Assembly (NCBI GenBank): GCA_004764695.1
Contig: SMSO01000025.1
Location: forward strand, 2,356,001-2,420,000
Source of the DNA: Schizochytrium sp. TIO01
Lineage: Eukaryota > Protista > Bigyra: Labyrinthulomycetes
Reading direction: 5' to 3'
Length of the DNA: 64,000 nucleotides
The notes below the pieces were generated by a model, which made no database searches, was not told the DNA's origin, and was given only the letters and a program-made list of their open reading frames with translations. The first letter of the stretch is position 1; every line of letters begins with the position of its first letter. This document shows, piece by piece, positions 13,860-25,400 of the stretch. Position numbers and translations under genes: made by a program.

Positions 13860-15250
13860 TTATCTATAGGCTTGTGCCAAAACGGTACCATGGTGCAATA
13901 GGAGTTTTGACCATGAGGTCAAAACTCTTTCTCCTAGTTGTGCGATAGAAACTATTTCCTCTGTCAATGATCTGCGATTCTTATTTATTATCATATCCCT
14001 ACATATGCGTTCCAAAAAAGAGAATGTATTCTCATATATAAGCATTCATCAATCAGACATATTCCTGGTAGGTACAAAATATTTCATCTATGAGTTAAGC
14101 AAGTAATGATATGTGTAGGCTAGATTTAACAATGTGTGAAGGATTACAACTCATTTCAACCTAAGACTTGTTTTCACTCCTGCAGAATTCATGACAAATC
14201 GATTTTGCGGGACAGGTTTTTGAGATTGTTTATCCGGGAGGCCGGAGTACATGTTGTTATTTTTGTAATAATGTAAAATCATGAATTTTGATTTATTAGA
14301 TGAACTCAATCCTAAAAATAGGGAGCGGATAGCTAATTAAATGGACTTTTAGAATGCATTAGTAACAAAGAGTTTCCCCAGAAATTGACAATGAGAAAAT
14401 TTGAACATTCTATCGAAATATATTCAATCATTTTGATTTCCGATACTAGTCAGCATACAGCATCGTCTTATAAGTTCAATTTTGTCTAGAAGATTTGAAC
14501 ATTCGTTTGAAGGATAGACTCTTGGTGATAGCAGATGGACGGTTGGGGATTGAGAACTAGTATTTGCAAGACGTCAAGAATATAACAAATTTGTCGTAAC
14601 GACCAATCGGAGGAGTAAATCAAGTTGAAGAAGAATCGTGAGAGTCTTTTGTTAGCTTTTGTAAATTAGAGCTGAATATGGCTTGCATAGGATTCGAATT
14701 AGTCAACCAGATATTAAGGGTTGGGGAGAAGCCAGTGTATCGAACTTTAAAGTCAATGAATGTTATTTAATAGAACTCAACTGCAGCATTTGAAATTTAA
14801 AGTTGGAATGATAATTCATCACAATCTCTCCAAATTCATTATTTTACATAATCATTTATTTATTCTAAAACTTGGTACATTAATCGTAGCATGAATATTC
14901 CACAAGAGCTAAGATATTTTACGTGCTCTTCAGGTTTCAAACCTACTTGTTTATATCTTGAAACATCGAACCTCAATCTGACCAAATTACGAGTTTGAGC
15001 AAACGTCATACCGCAGTTGTCCCTTTAAGAATGTCTACATGAATTCAATCGGCACAGTTGGTATGTTTACGACCTCAACTATTTGAATTTCTATATCTGC
15101 CCTGATTAGAACTAAAGCAACACCCAATAAATAACAGGCACACACACTGCCGTTAGAATTGCGGTTAACAGAGCAAATGATTCTCATTTAGTTGCTTAAA
15201 TTTTATTGTTGTTTGTTGCTCACATAACGATAAAATTTTACACAATCAGT
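13860..15250 (-). mobile_element. Possible decayed, internally deleted LINE ORF2 remnant (APE endonuclease-like start)
   Basis: Minus strand gives ILSLCE (15219-15236), NR...GVALVLIR (15101-15124) and IEFM* (15035-15049) in the order expected for APE-type endonucleases. A Cys/His patch lies near 14100-14220. No RT motif found. Confidence 0.33.
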
Positions 15251-15709
15251 GCAGTCTTGTGTCGTTGTTAGGATCTAGAAATCAGGCTTCGTTGTTGTCC
15301 AGTCTATTGCCTATGAAAGTGACTCATTGTAGGAAAGCTGTTGCCCATTGGTAGATTAAATGCCACCCTGTTGACAGCTGAACTGGAATGAAACTCTAAA
15401 CAATTAAAACCAATATCTTGTGCCTCTGGCTTCTTTCAATAAATATCGCAAATACCTAATCGCAGACGCCCGCATAGTATAATGAAGTAAATTGCAAAAT
15501 AGATTCCAAATAATAGAAGGCGATCCTGCAGATCTCACAGGTTTCTACGAATTAGGGTCCATATGTATTATTCCTTATTCACACATAGATCTTACTATCT
15601 AGGAAGTTGCCTAAACCTGAATAATTGATGGAATTAACGCATTGGTCCCAATTTAGTAGTTGATAAAGATCGTAGCAGCAATGATCGTTTTTAAGGTTGG
15701 CCCGCCGTC

Positions 15710-16675
15710 ATGAGGCAGAAGACATATCTAGTATTCGGCCTTGCAGCACTGCTCGTGCTCTTATGCTGCCTTGCTTCGCTTGTGAACGCGACCGAAACGT
15801 GCCAAGATGGGCGGAAACTCGAAGATGGAAACTCCGAGGACGAGTACAACGAGGACTCGAATGACGGGTACGACGAGGACGAGGACGACTACGATGCGTA
15901 CGATGGCAGTGACGAGGCACGTCGTGAGCTTGGACCGTGCGAGCGAGACCCTCTCCGACCTCCATTCCTTGATGCAGGGGACCTGGGGTTGCTTTTCCAG
16001 GAGCTAATTGAGGAGTTCGAAGAGGACCCAGATATGCAGGTAACTGTGCACTCTAAGGACCCATGGATCATCAGTGTTGACAATTTCCTTTCTGAGGAGG
16101 AGGTCGAAGATCTCCTTGCTATTGCAGGAGACGACTTTGAACCCAGCCAAGAACTTTCAGCTCAAAAGCTTAAGGACGGAAAATACTCAAGCAACAGTAT
16201 GGAGACCAAACACCGTACAAGTGAAACAAAGTTCTGTACTGATACTTGTGCAAAATCAAGTGCAGTTACTGCAGTCCAAGATCGGGTTTCCGATATCCTT
16301 GGAATTGAAGAAGATGCCATGGAGTTTATTCAGTTTGTGAGATACCTTCCGGGTCAATACTATAGGCAGCATCATGATTCCAGTGCAGCATATGCAACAA
16401 TGCCCATGGGCCATCGTGTGATCACCGTATTCATGTATTTAAATACCATTGAGAGAGGTGGCGAAACAAGTTTTCCCAGAGTGAACATAAAGGTCAAACC
16501 TGTTCGAGGTCGCGCAGTAATCTGGACGAATGTATTAGATAGCAATCCAGATGAACGTGACATGAGAACTATACATGAAGCATTGCCTAACGATAGCGAG
16601 GAAATTAAAATCGCTGCCAATTTTTGGTTGTATCAATATGATTACCGTTCGTACTGGCCAGCGTGCACAGGTTAA
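15710..16675 (+). CDS. P4H: Prolyl 4-hydroxylase (2OG-Fe(II) dioxygenase), secreted or signal-anchored
   Basis: N-terminal hydrophobic segment, acidic linker, then PWIISVDNFLSEEE, RTS, QFVRYLPGQYYRQHHD (HxD), RVITVFMYLN..GGETSFP, HEALP, KIAANFW. Confidence 0.93.
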   Translation: MRQKTYLVFGLAALLVLLCCLASLVNATETCQDGRKLEDGNSEDEYNEDSNDGYDEDEDDYDAYDGSDEARRELGPCERDPLRPPFLDAGDLGLLFQELIEEFEEDPDMQVTVHSKDPWIISVDNFLSEEEVEDLLAIAGDDFEPSQELSAQKLKDGKYSSNSMETKHRTSETKFCTDTCAKSSAVTAVQDRVSDILGIEEDAMEFIQFVRYLPGQYYRQHHDSSAAYATMPMGHRVITVFMYLNTIERGGETSFPRVNIKVKPVRGRAVIWTNVLDSNPDERDMRTIHEALPNDSEEIKIAANFWLYQYDYRSYWPACTG

Positions 16676-16979
16676 AGTCCGTTAAACAATTCAAGTCACA
16701 ATTAAAGTGTGTCTATAATCAAAATACACCCACGAATTGAAGTCACGTAAATAAAAACACTCTACTCACGCCATTTTTTTCCCTTCTCTTTGTCTAAAAA
16801 AATAAATCCGGACATTTAAGAATCAAATCGACCTTTTCATCAATAAAAAATGGATGATCTTGTTTCCGTTGACACAAGTAAAAACAATTCCTCAATGGAA
16901 ACCAAATTTTACATTGAGGAATAGCTTTTAAGTTTGGTTACAAAGATTTCGCAAAGATTCCGTACAGGTCGTGAAGCAG

Positions 16980-17215
16980 GTTAGACAAAGAATCCTTGGT
17001 TAAGGCTACGGGTAGGACATTGCAAGGCTTTTGGAGGCCTTGTACAACTCAATCATGATTTTGTGTAATTCAACAAATCTTGGAGGATGATTTTATCTCA
17101 AGCTCAAACCAACGGAGTGAATACGTTTCAATATTGTACCATTCAAGAGTACAATTGATGAAGTTAATGAAATTGTAAATTGTTCTGTGTGGGCGTTGTT
17201 TGCAATCTCCCAAAT
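16980..17215 (+). pseudogene. Possible decayed family 25 glycosyltransferase fragment
   Basis: GHCKA (17015-17029), then after a frameshift ILEDDF (17077-17094) and IVLCGRC (17179-17199), resembling GT25 SH...ILEDD...LG.C; stops and frameshifts present. Confidence 0.3.
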
Positions 17216-17615
17216 AATAAACAACGAGCAGGAATTAAATTTTCGGTAATAAAATGAGCAGAAAGTAATAGAACAGGTAGTAGTATATCTCATGTAAAAT
17301 CATAAAAGTTTGCCTAATTTTGATAAATGACATAGTTGACAAAACAAAGAGGGGAGGATCGCAAAAAGAAAATGGTGGCTCCGAAGTGAAACTATGACGA
17401 AGCATGACAGGTTGAAAAAGAGATCAAAGTAAAGGAGAGGGCGTGTGGTAGGATAAGTTGAATGGGTCATGCAAACCAACCTCACTGCATTTTGTAACAT
17501 GCAATACAATACAGAGATGGATCAAGTTATTTTCTTGTAACTGATTGCACTATCTGAAACTGCTGCTGGATGCATATTTGTGATGTGATATTAAAATGGT
17601 CATATTCTCTCTTTT

Positions 17616-19049
17616 TTACATGGATCCATCGAAGGATGAAGAATCATCATCGTCGTAAGCATCTGAACAGTTGGAAGCTTCAACACAATAAGAAACAGCA
17701 GTATCCCAGAGCAAATCACCAGGACATCTGCATCCTTCTGTCACAACCTGAGCACAAATCTCTCCACCTGTGCAAGTCTCTATGCAGGCGGTGTTCATTG
17801 TACCATAAACCTGGTTTGCTTCGCAGGCGTTCTCACATTCAGTAGGATCAACGCATGCACCAGTAGTATTGCTCCACTTCATACCGTCAGGGCAAGTGCA
17901 ACCTTCACCAATGTATTCTGCGCAAACAACACTGTAGTCGCACTGTGGTGCACATGCTGAAGACATATTTCCCCAGATCATGTTTGAGCTACATTCAGTA
18001 GAGTTATCACTGTTGTCCGTCTTGCTTCCAGTGTCATCGTCGGTGGACTGGCCACTGACATCATCAGACTCACACTCATCAGCATCAACACAAGCATTAG
18101 ATGCATTGCTCCACTTCATTCCGTCCTCACATGTACACGCATAACCAGTAACCTGTGCGCACATAGTGTCAGGGTCAGACACGCAGGATGGAATACAACT
18201 GCTGTTAACAGCTGCGTAAACCATGTTTGAGTCGCACTCATTCTTCATAGAAGTACTGTTATCACTGGCTTCGGTTTCACAATCAGCAACCAGGACACAC
18301 TCCTGCTGAACATCGCTCCACTTCATACCATCCTCACAAGTGCATCCAGTAGTGTTTCCTTGCATACACATTTCCTCGGTTGAGGGGATGCATCTTGGGA
18401 TGCATGAAGACGTCATGGCTCCATAGATCTGGTTTCCCTGGCAAGTCTCCTTGCTGTCTGTACCGCTACCGGTGTCTGCAGTACTAGCTGAGCACTTGGT
18501 AGCCTTTTTCACACATTTACTTGTGGTAGAGTCAAAGTATGGCTTGTGCCTGGGGCATGAACAGACATACTCAGTATCGGCATAAGAGTCCTCCATACAT
18601 GTCTCGCCGTCGCCACCACATTCAAGCGTGCAAAGGTTCCTGCTGCTTGGGCGAGCCTTCATGTCACCGACGCAGCAAGCGCCAATACACCAACCCTTGT
18701 CAGAGAGCACTTGTCCATCGGGGCATCCACAGATTCCATATTCTGACCCGTCCAACGTGTACTCTGCTCCGTCAGAGTCACAAGCAGTTTGAGAGGTCAC
18801 ATTAGCAAGCCAAACATTGTCGTTAATGCATGTGCATGACTTTTTCTTGCACTTGGAGTTGCCTGTGCATTGCTTGTTCTTGCGGCAAGTCTCACCATCA
18901 CCAGGGTAACAAGAATCATTGGAGCAGGTGACCTTAAGATCGCGAATGCCGTCGACCTCGTCGTCCAAGAAGGTCATATCAGCAGCACTGACGGCCACCA
19001 AGACGGCGAGCACCGCTGCGAGTGATGAAATAAATGTTCCGGTCCTCAT
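17616..19049 (-). CDS. Secreted cysteine-rich protein with EGF-like segments and four TIL (trypsin-inhibitor-like) repeats
   Basis: Signal peptide MRTGTFISSLAAVLAVLVAVSA; four repeats C..N..Y/W......C...C......C......GC.C......W......CV....C at 17667-18443; acidic C-terminal tail; single 477-aa ORF. Confidence 0.88.
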   Translation of the reverse strand: MRTGTFISSLAAVLAVLVAVSAADMTFLDDEVDGIRDLKVTCSNDSCYPGDGETCRKNKQCTGNSKCKKKSCTCINDNVWLANVTSQTACDSDGAEYTLDGSEYGICGCPDGQVLSDKGWCIGACCVGDMKARPSSRNLCTLECGGDGETCMEDSYADTEYVCSCPRHKPYFDSTTSKCVKKATKCSASTADTGSGTDSKETCQGNQIYGAMTSSCIPRCIPSTEEMCMQGNTTGCTCEDGMKWSDVQQECVLVADCETEASDNSTSMKNECDSNMVYAAVNSSCIPSCVSDPDTMCAQVTGYACTCEDGMKWSNASNACVDADECESDDVSGQSTDDDTGSKTDNSDNSTECSSNMIWGNMSSACAPQCDYSVVCAEYIGEGCTCPDGMKWSNTTGACVDPTECENACEANQVYGTMNTACIETCTGGEICAQVVTEGCRCPGDLLWDTAVSYCVEASNCSDAYDDDDSSSFDGSM

Positions 19050-22000
19050 GATTGTGTTTCTCTACTGGGCACAACGAAGAAGGCTCAGAGCAGGAACTGT
19101 TGTTTGCGTTTTCTTGTCGATGCTTGTACGCAAGAAAATCACGGCACGTCGCGAGTTCAATGTGCTGTCTTTAAGGAATGATTTCCAATCAAGAAGGGGA
19201 ATAAACCGCGAGACCAAAGTAAAAACTGCGAGAGCGCTGTGGTTGTCCCTTGTCAATCGTAAGGGTATATCCGCGTCCAGACACCGGCGCCTTCGCTCGG
19301 CCCTGTTATTGGCTCGCTGCCGAAGAAGGACACGCCACCAGTGGGCCTGTCAGATAGTTAGAGGTTTGTTTGCTTGCTTGCCCGACGAGCGAGCGAGCGA
19401 GTTTAAGGTTTTGGAAACTAGTGAGAGACTAGTGAGCGATGCAAGCAATGTATGAATGAATCAACTCCTTTCTTTCTTGATTTCTTTTTTCTTTTTCTTT
19501 TTCTTTTATTTTCTTGGGCTCGTGCCGGCGCGGACTTCGTCCCGTTCTTGCCTGGCTGACTCCTAGGATTGCAGGGAGGAGGTTCAGGCGCGGCAGAGAT
19601 CACACAGACTATGGGGTTTGGCTGCTGCTTGCTGCTACCTGCTCAGGCTTCGGCTTGGCTTGGCTTGGCTTGGCTTGGCTGGCTGCAGGAGCGAAGGGAG
19701 TTTACTTTCCGGAGAGAGAGAGTCTGACTGATACTCTATTCTGTTGCGCACAAAAAGGAGAGGAAGAGGGAAATAGAGTATGAAAATAAAAGAAATTCCG
19801 GAATGAACAAGAACCTTAAAGTCAATATTTCCTTTTAATTAAAAGCTTTTCTTACTCGTATATTGATAATTAAAATAGAATAAAGTAAAATCAAAGCAAA
19901 GAGAAAGAGAAAGAGCGAACGTAGGGAAATCAATCACAAAGTTTGCAGAGTTTGCGTTCGACGAGTGCAAAGAAGAGACAAACACGAGACCTTTCTCAGA
20001 TTTGAACAAGAATCAGGTAGGAAGAACAGAATGTTCATCGTTTTCCGGATACATTCTGTCTCTTTGATATTTAAATGACAATAGGGTAGTTTACATAATT
20101 ATATTTAGAAACTACATTTTCTTTTTTATATCTTAAAAACTATGATTTGATTCTTTCTGGTAAAGTTATTGTTATAATTGGCTGGGAAGTAAAGTGCGCT
20201 CAGTGTGAGTCGCACTTGAAATAGACAAGAACTTGGAACGAGTTGATGAGAGAGCGACGACTTTTTTGAGAACGTGGGCTCGTTGTAAGAAATGAGACGA
20301 GAGCACTAACTCCCTGCAACATGATAATGAAAACAACAGGAGTCACAACAGTAACAAACAGGCACTGCCTATCATCTATACAATGTGAACTTTTTTACGC
20401 TTACTCGCATTTTTCTTACTTGTTGACTTTGTCTGACTTGCTCTAGTTTCAAGAGTCAATCAGAAAAAGAGGCTCAGACCTTCGATCATGTCTATCTCTC
20501 ATCAAGCATTGGTGTATGTATGTTCTAGTAAGAATACAGGTGAGATCTTTGCTGCATTCATCTTACAGCAGAAAGCTTGAGAATGGTGCACTAGGGTACA
20601 TATTATCCATGTGTGTAGCTAAACCATTCATCTTGCACAAAAAAGATGTTGCAAAAGAGACCAAAGAATTATTCATCTGAATAAATAAACCAAAAAACTC
20701 CCAAAGAGAATATTTTAATTTAAAAATAAATCAATTGATCATAAGAAATATATATATCTTTCTATGGCAATATGCATATACAGTAAAAGTCGCTGATATT
20801 ACAATTTACGATGAGAACCTGAAGAATAGGCGAAAAGAGAAATGGTGGGCCGCTCTAGCGGCAGAAAGCAGAATGCACATACACCCAAAAGGAGTGCTGC
20901 TGGTCACGCCGGAACCAACTTACTTAGGTTTCTCATCCCCTCTTTCTTGCGAGGACTCGCACTACCTAGGACAAACTAATTGAGGATCACAACTTGAAAT
21001 AGCAAGAGGATAAATGGATAACTATAAAGATTTTGTTGGCCTGAGCAGAAAAACCGGTTTAACCACAGACAATTTCTAAAAGACAATACACGATGATAGA
21101 CACGGGCACCTAGAAAGGAAGGAGGAAGGAAAGCAAGGAAGATGATGATGAGGAAAACAACTCCAGGCAGCCTCCAAAGACCAAGATCCTACATTCCTTC
21201 ATAACGCAATGTATCGCTGTTTTTTCTTTTTCTTTCCTTTTCTATTAAGCTGACCTATAAGAGTATAAAAGAAAGCGCGCGCAAAGTTGACTGGCACGTT
21301 TTTTTTTATAATATTAAAGTAAAATATTCTTGTTATATAATTAAGTGCTTTTTAAATTAAATAAAACAAGATCGAGTTTGTAGTACTATTCTGCTTCACA
21401 ACTACAGGAAAGGCAAAGATGAGATGTAGAAAAGTATAGAAAAGAAAAGTGTTAACCACACTCGCGTCTCCGCTCGCGTTGTATGCGTGATATCTTATGT
21501 GCGAGCCAGCCATCCGGCTATTACTACTCCAGCTAGGAAAAAGAAGCGAACTCAACAGTACCTCTGCGTATCAATTCTATGTCCACTTCCTTTTGCTCCA
21601 TTTCTTCCCTTTTTAGATTTTGATAATATTTTAATAGCTTTATGATATATCTATATATGATAGGGCTTTGTATATTTTTAATTTCCTTTTTAAATAGCAG
21701 CGGTAGCAGGAAAGACTAGCAAAACGGAAATATATATTATGTGATATGTATTCTCTCGTTGGCCCTCGACCTGATTGAAATACTGGATTCCCGCTCTGCT
21801 TCACAGCGGCACAGAGAGATATCCTCGAGAGCAGCGATATTATGTGTCAGAATCTCATGACATGCGGAGGTTTCTGAGGGAATTCTGGTCTCAAGTTGTA
21901 CTTTACGAGGTTGAAAGCTACCTCAGCGAGGTAAGTTTTAGAATCATCTTCTCCATACGCAGCATTGTGCTGGATCCTTATTGTTGTTCTTTGCAAATGA

Positions 22001-22441
22001 AAAATGGCGCCACGTCAAGTATTGTATTCCAGCTTAATGAATGGGATCTTGAATGTTTTTAGTCCTGCGGCCCCCTGCCTGATACACAGAAGAAGGCAGA
22101 GCTTTGTTTAATTTCAATCCTTCATCGTACATCGTTGTCAGTTGTGGCTGTGCCTTTCTGGTTCTTCAGGTGCTTCTCAAAAATGGCAATCTGCGCTTCA
22201 AGAGAATGCACGCATACTCTCAATTCTAACGTATATACTAACTAAACACTAGGCATTTATGAATAAATGCAGCTCCATAGCCGTATAGCGCTTCATAAGT
22301 AACCATTATGTTCGAAATTGACTCTTTCGTTCGCTTCTTTCAATCTAGTGCTGCAGAGTTCTTGATTTTTAAGAATTGATCCTATTTTTAATATTGGTTT
22401 TACTATTTTCTATGATTGAATAACTCTAACAAAACAAAACA

Positions 22442-22482
22442 ATTGATTGATTGATTGATTGATTGACTGATTGATTGATTGA
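22442..22482. repeat. Imperfect (GATT)n microsatellite
   Basis: About 10 units with one GACT variant. Confidence 0.9.
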
Positions 22483-25400
22483 CCACACTAGATAGCATTG
22501 ACCTATGATATACTGTAACAGTGTGTGCAACGACTACTTCCCGCACATTCATCAAAATCTCCTAATTTTTAAGGTTGTGTTAGACTAAATAGATCTATTC
22601 TCTTCAAGAAAGCTTCATTTCTCGAACTTACGCCCAGACGAATCTGAAGTCTGACATCCAAGGCGTCGCGTCTGCGCATACCATCTGCTCGAGCGAAGGC
22701 TGTCGTATTGAGAGTTGTCTTGAAGCGCCACACATGTGAAGAATTACAACCTTCGAAAGAGTTTTGGGCATAGCAATAATAATTAAGTAGATAGTAGGTA
22801 AGTGCCATCCCTTATTCCAAAGTAAGTTAGTAAGTTAGTAAGTTAGTTGCCAAGAAAGAAGGTTCAAAGCGCAACTCCTGCCTCGGCTCCCTTACTTAAG
22901 CCTGGAAGTCCGCGACATTATTAGTGCCGCACGTATTCAACTCCTTGCAGCGGCCGGGCTGACAGCCCAGGGCACTAGAGCACGCAAGCGGTGAGGGCTC
23001 ATGAAGACAGAGGAGCCTCAGCTTAATGTGGTTTCTTTCTTTGATTCCTTCTCTCTCGGCGCGGAGACAGACGCATGAGCTGAAGACAGCACGAATTTTA
23101 AAAGGCCTTTTAAGTTTAAGCATATTTTCACGAAAACCAATTAACTAACTTTAAAATAAAAGTGGACTTCTACCTGTGCACCACCTAATGCCATCGAAAG
23201 AAGTCGAGTCCGCTCAGAAGCTTGAGGAGGAAGTGGGTTGGAGAGCGACCCTAGAATCAGGGAAATGTAAATGTGATAGCTATTTCTTTATTTGCTTGAA
23301 GCAGCTAGTTTTCTCTGTTTCTGCAAATGCTGAAAAGTCCTTTTTATGTTATATCATTTCTTTTTCCTCTAATTGATAAGAAGAATATTGTATTTTCCTC
23401 TTCCATGTTCTTATAGCTGTACTACCTTGATCTGCAAAGTTCTTTCTTTCCACTCAAATTCTTCCCTTTTTATAAAGTTTTACAAGTGCCGCACGTGCTC
23501 TGTGTGATTTCTTGAATGAATTGAAGATATTGAACTATTTAGTACTGCTATTTAGATGTGTCGGAGATTAGAAGTTCTATTCCTTCTTTCCGAAGGTACG
23601 GAATGGAGTCACCGAGAGAGCGAATTCTCGTTTTGGCAGAAAACATCTCACTTTGCATGCGCCGCCAGTCGATCTGGCAAAGCTAAAAACTGCATAGGCT
23701 GTGCCTTGCTTTTGATTGATTTCCCTACCTATCCGAGCTTGGAACGTGGAGTTGTGCTCCTGTGAAAGATGACTTCTCTGTGCTGAGTGGTTGCGGCTGT
23801 GAATGACGTTTTTGTTTTTCAAGCAGTTTACTAGTTTATTTTTGCTTTTCATTTCTTCTCTTTTTTTTTTTTTTCTTTTTTTTAAATAGTCTTATCAAAA
23901 ATTAGAATGGCAATGGCAATAGTAAATGAAAAACAGAGGAACAGCGGAGGTGCGGCCCTTTTCCTCGAGTTTCAATTTGGTAGACACCATGACACACTGC
24001 AAAATTGCTCGAGATCCCATGCCCTACATTGGTATCCTGAAAGTCGGCAACCTTTAGGCCTTTCAGGACGTCCGCATGATTCGATTTCGCGAATCTTTAC
24101 TTCTCTGTTTGCTTAGATAGCTGCGCCACATCACATCATTCTGATGTTGCTTTTAGAGATATTTTGATTGTTGTTTTCAGTGTTCAGCCTTTCCCTTTTT
24201 CTTTTTTCTTCTTTCCCCCCCCCAAAAAAAGCAGAGGAGAGCATTTCTAAAATCAAATAAATACTCTTCTTCAAACCTCATCAAAGAAATAAATGTTTAG
24301 TTGACTCTGTGACTGACTTCCCCTCATCTCTTACTTCTTTCTTATATTCTATACACGAGGAGAGGAGGAAAGGGCCAATCCAAACAGCCTCTGGTCACTC
24401 TTGGAGCGAGAAAGCTTTGTTTCGCTCCCACTGTCCCACCACGGCTTCAAAGGCGCAGTCCGAATCGAAATTTCCTGCCAGCTGAGCATTTATTTATAGA
24501 TAGATTACCGCTCTCCAGACTAGGCATGTGACCTACCTCCCACGAGCAACAGGCCCCCTCAAAAATGCGTGCATGGGCCATGAAATCATTGAATTCACTG
24601 ATTGATTGATTGAATTCAATGAATTGAATTAATCAATCGTGAACTCAACCATTCAATCAATCGATCAACAATCAATGAATGGATGGGTTCTTCGTTTTCG
24701 AGTTCGAAGTCGAAGAAACCTACGAGCAAAGAACTCCTGCAGCACATTCGATTCCCCGCAAGCAGCAGCGGCAGCAAAATCTCGCACACTCTTGAACTCG
24801 ACGTAGTCAGTCAGTCATTAATCAATCGCTTTGCCACTCACTTCGTGCTTTGATGTCGTGTTGAACCAAGATTAATTAAGCCAAAGGCGGTCATCGTCGA
24901 GGCGACGAACCCGTGGCCGCTCAAGCTAAATCATCCCCTCGGGCGATGAACTTGAGCGGTTTCGCGCTGCTCTTTGGGGCACATCGTGGACAAACTTGCC
25001 TGCCTGCCTGCCTGCTTGCTTGCTTGCTTGGACAGAGTGCCTGTTCTGCTTGCGTTCGCAAGGACGCCGGCCGCAGCTCGTTCTTCGCAAGTCGCAGCTT
25101 GTTCTTCGCAGGTCTGCAGGTAGGTTGGTTGCCTATCGGGTTCTTCCTTCGTGTCGTGATGTGCGGATGGTGGCTAAAAAAAGGATCGTAAAGAATCGAC
25201 AAAGGCGCGAGAAACTTGCTAATCTGAAGGCGTGTATGTTATATGTGGATATGTGTATGTGTATATGCATTGGGGAACTCAGAGCTGCGTCTCCATGCTT
25301 CGCTTTTATAGGCTGTAGACGAAGCTGGCAGGGGACAGCGAATGGCGATGTTTGCTGCGAATGAAGGTTTGTTCATTTATCTGCAGAAAGGCCTTTTTCG

